Positions 29,887-37,594 of a DNA stretch of 64,000 nt are shown piece after piece (the stretch's first letter is position 1; each line of letters starts with the position of its first letter). Below the pieces are notes generated by a model, which worked only from the letters and a program-made list of their open reading frames with translations, ran no database searches and was not told the DNA's origin. Source of the DNA: an uncultured Rhodospirillales bacterium (GTDB taxonomy: Bacteria; Pseudomonadota; Alphaproteobacteria; JAWKYA01); NCBI GenBank assembly GCA_964397465.1, contig CAYNIC010000011.1, positions 3,503 through 67,502 on the forward strand, written 5' to 3'. The position numbers and the translations under genes were made by a program.

Positions 29887-31335
29887 TTAGCGGGCATCCA
29901 CGCCAATCGCTTGGGTAAGCGAGGTAAAACCATCCCGGGCCAGCAGCGCCGAAACCTCGGATTTCAGGCGCTGAACCAGCCCCGGCCCCTGATAAACCAG
30001 GGCGGTATAAAGCTGCACCAGACTGGCGCCGGCCCGGATTTTCGCATAGGTATCGGCCCCGCTGGCAATCCCGCCGACCCCGATCAACGGCAGCTTGCCC
30101 GCAGTGTCGCGATGAACGGTGCGTAAGAGTTCGGTCGATGGGGCGAACAAGGGTTTGCCGCTAAGACCGCCCTGTTGCGACGCGTGAGAACTGCGCAAAA
30201 ACGAAGGCCGGTCGACGGTGGTGTTACTGATGACCAAGCCATCGGCGCCGTTGCCATCGAGGGCGACACTGATGATGCCGTCCAAGGCGGCGCGGCTTAG
30301 ATCCGGCGCGATCTTGATCAGGATCGGCACGGTTTCGCGCAGTTTCACCTGACGTAACGCGGTCAAAATCGCGCGCAGCTGCGTCTCGCCCTGCAGGTCG
30401 CGGAGGCCCGGCGTGTTGGGCGACGACACATTGATCACGGCAAAATCAACCAAGGGGGCGAGCTGGGTAAACACGGTCACGTAATCGCCCACCGGATCGG
30501 CGGTGTTTTTATTGCAGCCGATATTGACCGCCACGGGACGGCGAATTTCTTTATACTGCCGCATCTCGGCAAGACGGCTTGAGGCCGCTGTGGCGCCGTG
30601 ATTGTTGAACCCAAGACGATTGATCAGGGCGTGATCTTCGTTCAAGCGAAACATCCGCGGCCGCGGATTGCCCGGTTGCGGTTTCGGCGTCAAGCCGCCG
30701 ACTTCGATGAAGCCGAAACCAAACCGCTCCATCGCCGGCACGACCCGCGCATCCTTATCAAATCCGGCGGCAAGACCGATCGGATTGGTGAAACTTTTTC
30801 CCCACACCGAGATCGCAAGATTGGCCGGATCATCGGGCGGATCGGTGCGCCAGGGAAACAATCCGGTCTCCAGCAGACGAAGCGTCAGCCGATGAGCGGT
30901 TTCAGGCGCAAGACAGCGCAGCCAGGTTGTCGCCGTACCATAGATGTCGAAGGATAATGCCGCGTCATCGTTCATCTTCAGCGGCGGAAAAACATGCACA
31001 CCATCGGGACCCAGCGGCAAAGGCTCAACCTTGATCACCGCGGCGGGTGACAGCGGACCATAAAGATGGGGGAACAGATCGCCGCCGCGGGACGATTCCC
31101 ATTTTAACGCCGAGCCTAAACTTGGCGCATTCACCGTCAGCAGCAGAAGATCTTTTTGTCCGGCGCGATGTTTCGCGGCGCTGACTTTAATTTGTACCGC
31201 GGTGGAGAAATGGATAAAGCCGTCGCGTATGTCGTCGGGCGACCCGCGATAAGGCGCGCCGCTTGCGACAGCCGCACGCCATTCCGCCTCATGGGCCATG
31301 TGATAGATGAGCTGGGGTGCGGAAGATGAAGTCAT
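29887..31335 (-). CDS. pyrD: DUF952 domain fused in frame to quinone-dependent dihydroorotate dehydrogenase
   Basis: N-terminal ~120 aa match DUF952 (DGFIHFSTA...KWESSRGGDLFPHLYGPL). The remainder is class 2 PyrD (LAPETAHRLTL..., GLAAGFDK, GFIEVGG, NISSPNTPGLR, IGVGGI). No stop codon between the two parts. Confidence 0.85.
   Translation of the reverse strand: MTSSSAPQLIYHMAHEAEWRAAVASGAPYRGSPDDIRDGFIHFSTAVQIKVSAAKHRAGQKDLLLLTVNAPSLGSALKWESSRGGDLFPHLYGPLSPAAVIKVEPLPLGPDGVHVFPPLKMNDDAALSFDIYGTATTWLRCLAPETAHRLTLRLLETGLFPWRTDPPDDPANLAISVWGKSFTNPIGLAAGFDKDARVVPAMERFGFGFIEVGGLTPKPQPGNPRPRMFRLNEDHALINRLGFNNHGATAASSRLAEMRQYKEIRRPVAVNIGCNKNTADPVGDYVTVFTQLAPLVDFAVINVSSPNTPGLRDLQGETQLRAILTALRQVKLRETVPILIKIAPDLSRAALDGIISVALDGNGADGLVISNTTVDRPSFLRSSHASQQGGLSGKPLFAPSTELLRTVHRDTAGKLPLIGVGGIASGADTYAKIRAGASLVQLYTALVYQGPGLVQRLKSEVSALLARDGFTSLTQAIGVDAR
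31267..31310. repeat. Direct repeat copy A (functional 5' end of the DUF952-pyrD gene)
   Basis: About 39 of 44 positions identical to 32317-32358 in a hand alignment with 2 single-nt gaps. Confidence 0.75.
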
Positions 31336-31440
31336 GGGTGTTTTCTATCTAGTCCTCAGGGCAAAGGGCAAGGGTTCAATAGGCAGCTTGGCTTTTCTCG
31401 GTATAGGCCGTATACTCGTATCACGGGTAATGGTGATGAT

Positions 31441-32250
31441 ATGAAGTTTTCATTTTTTACGACATCCGTTTTGGCAGCAACTCTATGGCTGTCTATGAGT
31501 GCAGCAGCACAGGCTCAAGCCCCGACGCCGCAGGAATACATTAAGCGTGGTTTTACATACAACGGCTTCACCCGCAATCCGCATGCCCGGGAACCGTGGA
31601 CGGGACTTTACGCCGATGAGTTGCCGCAACCGACACCGGGTGACGTTTGGCTGACCTTGGGGTGGAGCAAAAAGCAAACCTCCAGTACCTGCATTGGCGA
31701 AACCACGACGCCTTTATGCACCCTCGATACCTTTCTTGCCTGCCTTATCCGCGATGACGGCCGACTTTGCGCCAAGGCGGAGGGAACGAAACCAACCCGT
31801 CGCTGGTCAGGACCACCCCCTTATGCGCCTTATCCATCCCAGACTCCTTACCCGGCTTATGCGCCTTATCCCCGCACCGGACTGATGCGGTATAAAGTTG
31901 CCTCGGTTGCGCGGATTACGGCTGAAACCGCCGCCGAATTTCAAGAACAAGATTCAAGCCACCAAGAAAAATCTGGCGATATTCAGTTACGTATTGATTG
32001 GGAAATGTGTGGCCGCGCCGATCGCAATGGTCATCTTTCCGATTGTTGCCAGCCGCCCTACTCTAGTAGTTTTGTAGTTCGCCGCCAGACTTATGGTCAT
32101 TGGATCTTGGTGCGGCATGATCATCCTGACTTAAACGACCGGCTGCGATTTCACCCCGAAACCGAAGATATCCGCTGGTCAGAAGATTATTACCAAGATG
32201 CGCCTTATTGTACGGATATCAAGGCACCAATTCGGCGCCGTAAACCCTAG
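31441..32250 (+). CDS. Secreted Cys-rich hypothetical protein with YAPYP-type Pro/Tyr linker
   Basis: Signal peptide MKFSFFTTSVLAATLWLSMSAAAQA; 269 aa. No family recognised. Lies between the two repeat copies. Confidence 0.55.
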   Translation: MKFSFFTTSVLAATLWLSMSAAAQAQAPTPQEYIKRGFTYNGFTRNPHAREPWTGLYADELPQPTPGDVWLTLGWSKKQTSSTCIGETTTPLCTLDTFLACLIRDDGRLCAKAEGTKPTRRWSGPPPYAPYPSQTPYPAYAPYPRTGLMRYKVASVARITAETAAEFQEQDSSHQEKSGDIQLRIDWEMCGRADRNGHLSDCCQPPYSSSFVVRRQTYGHWILVRHDHPDLNDRLRFHPETEDIRWSEDYYQDAPYCTDIKAPIRRRKP

Positions 32251-32371
32251 CGTTTGGGTTGACGCGGTGGGGCCACAAAAAAACGGAATCTTTCGATATC
32301 GCCATCATCCGCCTTCAGACAGCCGCGCGTCATCCGCCTCATGGCCATGTGGTAGATGAATGGAGAAATCA
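32246..32371 (-). pseudogene. Frameshifted remnant of a DUF952 5' end (repeat copy B at ~32317-32358)
   Basis: The minus strand reads MISPFIYHMA, compared with MTSSSAPQLIYHMAHEAEW in the intact gene. A 1-nt deletion then shifts the frame, giving a 41-codon remnant. Confidence 0.55.
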
Positions 32372-32385
32372 TGAAAGTATGTTCT

Positions 32386-33687
32386 CTAAGGAGATCTCTT
32401 TTTCTGATCTTTGCTCTTAAACTTTAGTTTTGGCTGAGGATGGCGTGAGCCATACATCCATTTAGGGTCTATTATCAACTCAGGTTCTTTTTTGGGAGTC
32501 GCTGGTCTTGGAGGGAGAGAAAGCTGCATCGCTTTATCGCCTTGAGCAATATTTTTTAAATGATTTTTAAATAAGCTAACGTCACCAAAATAGTTTGGAT
32601 AAGCAATTTTCAGATTTGCAATCTTATCTATTTCTACCAAAACAACCTCAACCATTTTTTCATTTTCTCTCAATTCACTTTCAACCCTATTGTAAGACTC
32701 AGTAGCAGCAAGCGCTGTGTAGTAGGGGTCAAGATAGACGTAATTTGTAGCGTAATCATACTTAACAAGAAGGTGTGTTGCCTGAGTATTTTGAAGTTGA
32801 GCAGAGCTTGTTCCCTCGACTGCAAGGCTGACACCTTCCAGCAAATTAACAGCATTCAACACATGTGCTAGTTCCCTTATCTCTTCTCGGCGTTCATTAG
32901 CATTAGGTGTGTTAGGAACCGTCGGGCATTCTTCGTGTTCAGCAAACTCGGCTGACATTAATGTTAACAACCGAAGCCAGTTATGGTCGCCCTTACTATA
33001 TTTAAGTTCTTTTTTAATTATAAGACCTACAGATTCTACGGCTGTTGCCCAGGTATGTTGAAGTTTTGTTCGTATCTGAACTTCTATTTTTTTGCCATCG
33101 AAGGCCGTAGGCCGCTTTCCTTGGTAGCTAAAAATAATGTGGTGACTACGATAGCCATCATCTTTAGGTGAAACAATAAAATCTTTCTCACTGTGAAAAC
33201 TGTTAGAAAGATGATGAGTCAAAATATCGCTAATATTTTTTACGTCAGAAATACTTTTAACAATTGCTCTGCATCCGCCGATATCTTGAATCGTTTGCAG
33301 TTTTAAGCGAGTGAGCCTATTTAACTTGTCGCGAATTGACTGCATTCGTTTAAGTCTAGCCGCTACCAGGCCTTCTTGCTTATTGGCTCGTAGCAATGCT
33401 CTAATTTTACCTCGAATACTTCTCATAGGATAAGCATGAGCTTCCCGCCAGTTGTTAGCTATAAGGAAAGCATCGCGGACCTCGAAAGGTATATCGGTTC
33501 CTTCTGGGTGCAGATTTTTTACAGCAATTATTTTACCCGCCTTCTCTATATCGTTAAGCGAGAATTTAAGGTGTGGATAATCGTTCTCGTCAGCCAAGGA
33601 AGGCTCCAAATTAAGGATATCATCCTCCCAGGAAAAACACTTTTCCCGGGCATCTGAGGCTACTATAAGAAATGGTAGATTAGCCAT
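32386..33687 (-). CDS. RelA/SpoT-domain (small alarmone synthetase / toxSAS-like) protein with N- and C-terminal extensions
   Basis: ORF 32386..33750 trimmed to the ATG at 33687 after AAGGAA. Synthetase-fold motifs GGCRAIV, DGYRSHHIIF and EVQIRTKLQHTWA. No HD hydrolase, TGS or ACT region. Markedly AT-rich. Confidence 0.75.
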   Translation of the reverse strand: MANLPFLIVASDAREKCFSWEDDILNLEPSLADENDYPHLKFSLNDIEKAGKIIAVKNLHPEGTDIPFEVRDAFLIANNWREAHAYPMRSIRGKIRALLRANKQEGLVAARLKRMQSIRDKLNRLTRLKLQTIQDIGGCRAIVKSISDVKNISDILTHHLSNSFHSEKDFIVSPKDDGYRSHHIIFSYQGKRPTAFDGKKIEVQIRTKLQHTWATAVESVGLIIKKELKYSKGDHNWLRLLTLMSAEFAEHEECPTVPNTPNANERREEIRELAHVLNAVNLLEGVSLAVEGTSSAQLQNTQATHLLVKYDYATNYVYLDPYYTALAATESYNRVESELRENEKMVEVVLVEIDKIANLKIAYPNYFGDVSLFKNHLKNIAQGDKAMQLSLPPRPATPKKEPELIIDPKWMYGSRHPQPKLKFKSKDQKKRSP

Positions 33688-33724
33688 GAAATTCCTTTCT
33701 AAGAGATCAAGAATAATCCCTACC

Positions 33725-34345
33725 CTACCTACGCCCTGCATAAGGATCATGTAGAGCAGGTACAGTAACTTGTGACGTAGCGCCGCCGCCGTTGCGTTGG
33801 AAAAGTTTCTCGGCTAACCGCGCGATGCCACCGCCGTCGGGCAAGCTCAACGGGCCCGACTTATCGTGGCTGCGCTTATAGACATAGATGCCCAGAACGC
33901 CCAAAGCGACACTCCAACTGGTCGAGAGGTTGTCGAGGGCCGCAATCACCTCCACGGCAAACGCTGGTTTGATCGCGATCAGATAGGCAACCGCCCCCAT
34001 CTGTCCCAACCAGGTCACGGCGATGATATAACCAAAGGTGGGTCTCATGCGCCGCACGTAAGGATCGTCCGACGCAACCTCGCGGCGGATGGTGCGGTTG
34101 ACTTCGGTCAGTGTAACGGCATCCCGGTCGGCTTCGATCTGCGCCATGGTTTCCAGATGGCGGTTGGCCTCGTTTATTGCTTCGGGCGGAACCTCGCCCT
34201 TGCCGATGGCGTCGGTGACACGGCCTAAGGCGTCGGACGCTGCCTTGGCCAAAGGATGAGAGAGTTTACCAAGGGCAAATCCGACGAGTTTGGCAAGAAC
34301 CGGCAAGCCGATGCCGGCAAGAAGACTGGCAAACATTTTTGTCAC
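33725..34345 (-). CDS. Putative 3-TM holin (GTA/phage holin_3TM-like)
   Basis: DPYVRRMRPTFGYIIAVTW plus following hydrophobic helices resemble the 3TM holin family. GTGA overlap with the hydrolase gene (alternative ATG at 34336). Confidence 0.55.
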   Translation of the reverse strand: MTKMFASLLAGIGLPVLAKLVGFALGKLSHPLAKAASDALGRVTDAIGKGEVPPEAINEANRHLETMAQIEADRDAVTLTEVNRTIRREVASDDPYVRRMRPTFGYIIAVTWLGQMGAVAYLIAIKPAFAVEVIAALDNLSTSWSVALGVLGIYVYKRSHDKSGPLSLPDGGGIARLAEKLFQRNGGGATSQVTVPALHDPYAGRR

Positions 34346-34800
34346 TCCACATTGTTATAGAAAACATGGCGGCCGATGCGGGCCGAGGGGGTGCGGCCGT
34401 GGGACCAATAGGGGCTGATATGGCTTGCGTGGTAATGGGTGGCGCCGTTGGTCGGATCGGCCATGGTGCCGCCAAGCGCCTCGGCGGCGATGAGAAGCGC
34501 CAAACGAAACGCCGCATCGCTTTCATCCACGGTCAGTACCTTGATCCGGTTGGGATCGCCCACGTTCCAGCAGGAAAATTGATAGGCGGCAAGGCAGATC
34601 TCCCGCACCGACCGTGTCCGCTCGATCCCTTCGCGAGCCCGGCGGTTGATGATGACGGCGGCGATCGCGCGCATGCCGGCCTCGCCTTCGCTGCGCGCTT
34701 CGCCCCACAAAGTGCGGGCCAGGATGTCCCGTTCCCGCGCCGGTTCGGCCAAGGCCTGATCGATCCGCACCGCGGCGGGACTCAAAGTGCGACTCATCAT
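34342..34800 (-). CDS. SleB-type cell wall hydrolase (endolysin)
   Basis: RTLWGEARSEGEAGMRAIAAVIINRR and ATHYHA motifs of the Hydrolase_2/SleB family. Confidence 0.8.
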   Translation of the reverse strand: MMSRTLSPAAVRIDQALAEPARERDILARTLWGEARSEGEAGMRAIAAVIINRRAREGIERTRSVREICLAAYQFSCWNVGDPNRIKVLTVDESDAAFRLALLIAAEALGGTMADPTNGATHYHASHISPYWSHGRTPSARIGRHVFYNNVE

Positions 34801-35108
34801 ACGGCTCCTTGTTTGGGAAACAGGGGAACATCCAGCTTGGCTTCGATGCGCAACAGGTGCGACGTTAACCGCCGCTCTACATCCTTCAGGTAGGCGATCG
34901 AGGCGTAGGATTTCGCCACTTCCAGTTTATAGGCGGCCAAGGTCTCGCGCAGTTGCGCATCCCCGGTGTGACATTGATGACGGAGGTGATCTAGTTTCTC
35001 TTCGCCATCGCGGCGGATGCGCCAGATGAACCAGAACAGACCGGCCAGGGTCGGCAGCTCGACCGCGGTGATCCACCACAACAGGGTCTCGGGCAAAAAG
35101 TTGCTCAT
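34797..35108 (-). CDS. Membrane-anchored coiled-coil protein (possible spanin-like lysis accessory)
   Basis: ATG at 35108 overlaps the upstream stop. One N-terminal TM helix followed by a helical region. Function inferred from position only. Confidence 0.4.
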   Translation of the reverse strand: MSNFLPETLLWWITAVELPTLAGLFWFIWRIRRDGEEKLDHLRHQCHTGDAQLRETLAAYKLEVAKSYASIAYLKDVERRLTSHLLRIEAKLDVPLFPKQGAV

Positions 35109-35434
35109 AGGGATGATCCGTTTGCAGAAGGTAAGGTTGGCGCCGGTGCGTGGGTGTCGCTTTGCCAGTTTTTTCCTTCGGTGATGATGCAAGATCGGCT
35201 GGAGGTGAGGCGCGCCACGGCAACCCAACTTGCCGTCATCGGCGCGATGTAAACATCGATGGTCGTGCCCTCCGCCGTGGTGCCGCGGCCTAGACGGATA
35301 AATCCCTTGGCGGGGGCGAGGGCTTGATCAAGCTCCGCCGTCGATCCGCACCGCGGTGCTGCAAGAGTAAGCGACGGCAAGGCAAGGATCATCGCGCCAA
35401 GCGTCAGCCCGGCGATACTGTGACAGTAGCGCAT
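35105..35434 (-). CDS. Small secreted hypothetical protein
   Basis: ATG at 35434 after GAGGAG. Signal peptide MRYCHSIAGLTLGAMILALPSLTLAA. Confidence 0.45.
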   Translation of the reverse strand: MRYCHSIAGLTLGAMILALPSLTLAAPRCGSTAELDQALAPAKGFIRLGRGTTAEGTTIDVYIAPMTASWVAVARLTSSRSCIITEGKNWQSDTHAPAPTLPSANGSSL

Positions 35435-35466
35435 AAAAATTCTCCTCAAGATGGGGTTAGAAAAAC

Positions 35467-36960
35467 CTACGGTTCGAAATCGGTTGCGGCGGCGGTGTTG
35501 GTGGCGCCCGGTCGCCAATCGCGTTTGGTCCGCGGCGCAAAGGCGGCGGCAATTCGCACCGGCTCTGCTGAAATGGCGCCGGCCACCGCATCCAGGGCGT
35601 CATCGGGACGTTTGCGACTGGTCGCCGCGGGCCGCCAGTCGCGCATCTGTTGAATAAACGGTGTCTGCCACAGGCTGCGATGGGCGTATAAGGTTCCCGC
35701 CGCCAAGGGCACATCAAGCGCATCCAAAATGCGTTGGGTTTTGGGTTTGCTGCTGTGGGCTTCGACCACCACGGTTGGAATCTTCGCCTCACTCAAGGCG
35801 TGACGTAAAAGTCCGGGCAAGAACCGGCCGATGCCGTTGGTCTCGATGGTCACTGTGGGCAGATGAAGTCCGCGCAAGAATTCGGCCGCTTGGCGGCAGA
35901 GCTGCGTTGCCTCGTCGACTTGCGGCAAGGCGGTCATGTCGTGGTTCAGATAGGTCAGGCGATGGAGATAGAAATTTCCTATCGCATCGGAAAACACCGC
36001 GGCAATCACGCTGCCGTCGCCCTTTTCCGCGGCGCCAAAGGCCGGATCCCACCAACAGCTCGCCGAGACCAGTCGCGTTTGACCCAACATCAGCACCGGC
36101 ATCCGGTTGGCCTCGCTGTAAACCAACTCGCCGTCATAGGGACGCAAGCGATCGGGGTTGAGACGCGCCGCCGTGACGTTGCTGGGCCGCAGCAACATCT
36201 GCGCCGCGAACTTCGCCTCGCCGCTGCGCCGCCGCATCTTGGCAATCTCGGTTTTGCCATAGCGTTCCGGCCAGATGCTGCGGCCCCGACGATCGAGCAA
36301 CGGCATCTCCATCCGTTTGAAGTTGCCCAGAAACGGTATGTCTTCACCCAATTCGCGCCGCGCTTCGGTGGCATAGATAGAGTAATAACTGTGGGGCGTG
36401 CCGATATAGATCTGGGTTCCGCCCGGCACCAGGATATAGGGAATTTCACTCAACCGGTCGCGCAGGTCCTGACGCTTGGGCGGGGTATCGCAGGTATTGG
36501 GAACCTCCACATCATCGCACAGGATCACATCGGCCCGGCTGCCGGTGACATTGGCCGAGATGCCGCGGCCCAGCATTGACGGATCGCGCAGCTCGCCCGG
36601 TCGTTTGACCGTAAACTGATCCATCGCCCAGGACGAAGTGCGGCGCGGTTTTAATCCCTTGGTAAAGGGATGGCGCTCGATCAGCCGTTTCACATTGCGC
36701 ACCATCTTGCAGGCAAGATCGTGCTCCGCCGCCAGAACCAAGATCCGCAGCATCGGATTCTTGGTAAACAACCAAGCACAGAATAATCCGCAGATGGTCG
36801 ACTTGCCGCTTGACCGAAACGCCAGCAGTACCAGTTCATGATCATGGGCTGCCCACCGGGCCGCCAGCCACCGCGCCATGCGGAGTTGCACCCGCGGTGT
36901 GGTTTGGCCCTGATGCTCGTTCCACATCCAGACGAATTCGGGAAAGCTGGGCGCGGTCAT
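35467..36960 (-). CDS. Phage terminase large subunit
   Basis: Walker A-like FRSSGKST, Walker B-type ADVILCDDVE, and a C-terminal nuclease-like region; 497 aa. Confidence 0.8.
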   Translation of the reverse strand: MTAPSFPEFVWMWNEHQGQTTPRVQLRMARWLAARWAAHDHELVLLAFRSSGKSTICGLFCAWLFTKNPMLRILVLAAEHDLACKMVRNVKRLIERHPFTKGLKPRRTSSWAMDQFTVKRPGELRDPSMLGRGISANVTGSRADVILCDDVEVPNTCDTPPKRQDLRDRLSEIPYILVPGGTQIYIGTPHSYYSIYATEARRELGEDIPFLGNFKRMEMPLLDRRGRSIWPERYGKTEIAKMRRRSGEAKFAAQMLLRPSNVTAARLNPDRLRPYDGELVYSEANRMPVLMLGQTRLVSASCWWDPAFGAAEKGDGSVIAAVFSDAIGNFYLHRLTYLNHDMTALPQVDEATQLCRQAAEFLRGLHLPTVTIETNGIGRFLPGLLRHALSEAKIPTVVVEAHSSKPKTQRILDALDVPLAAGTLYAHRSLWQTPFIQQMRDWRPAATSRKRPDDALDAVAGAISAEPVRIAAAFAPRTKRDWRPGATNTAAATDFEP

Positions 36961-37319
36961 GACAGATCATCATCCTCGGCATCATCGTCCGGCACGGTAT
37001 CGTCGGTATCCGCCACCGCATCCCGCGCCCGGGTCAACAGCGACGCCAAGGCATCGTCGCTTTCCGCTTCTTGATGATCCACCGCCCACCGCGCCAGACG
37101 TAACAGCCCATCCAAATGTCCTAGGGCGGATTTGCACGCAGTATGATAGGCGGAAAAACCCTTGGCGGTGTTGTCGCAGGGTGCGGCGACAAACTGGGTA
37201 TAGCTGTCCAAGGCGGTGGCCAATAAAACGGGAAGATCCTGGGCGATTTTTTGCCGGGTGGACTCGAGGCCCTTTTGGGTGCGGTTTTTGCTGGAAAGTT
37301 TTGATACCGAAACTGTCAC
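36957..37319 (-). CDS. Hypothetical phage protein with acidic C-terminus (small-terminase position)
   Basis: ATGA overlap with the large terminase gene. Function suggested by position only. Confidence 0.4.
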   Translation of the reverse strand: MTVSVSKLSSKNRTQKGLESTRQKIAQDLPVLLATALDSYTQFVAAPCDNTAKGFSAYHTACKSALGHLDGLLRLARWAVDHQEAESDDALASLLTRARDAVADTDDTVPDDDAEDDDLS

Positions 37320-37354
37320 GTCATGTCCTTTCGAGGGAAAACAAAGGCAAGAAA

Positions 37355-37585
37355 TTATCGGGGCGGCAGTGTGCCGGTGATTCCAGTGGCGATTTTTAGA
37401 AACTGTTCCAGCCGCGCCTCGACCTCAGCCAATCGGGTTTCCAGGGGCAGGGAAGATGCCGGTGAAGAAGGTGATGAATCCGGCGGCGCAATGAAAACCG
37501 CCGAGGCGGTTTCGTCGTTTTTCAGGATATAGTTCTCGTCCTCCCATCGAACGCTAAGACCGCGGTTACTGTAGATATAGGGCAT
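37355..37585 (-). CDS. Hypothetical 76-aa phage protein
   Basis: ORF in the operon frame between the fibre and terminase genes. Confidence 0.35.
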   Translation of the reverse strand: MPYIYSNRGLSVRWEDENYILKNDETASAVFIAPPDSSPSSPASSLPLETRLAEVEARLEQFLKIATGITGTLPPR

Positions 37586-37594
37586 GGAACCTCC

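Noticed and set aside
32385-32406. Possible extra T in the T-run at the 3' end of the RelA/SpoT gene. My hand count gave 6 T where the track translation (...KDQKKRSP*) implies 5, which would extend the ORF by a few codons.
   Set aside because: Hand counting of homopolymers is unreliable and the ORF track was computed from the sequence, so the track coordinates were kept. The only consequence is a possible 1-nt uncertainty in nearby hand-derived coordinates.
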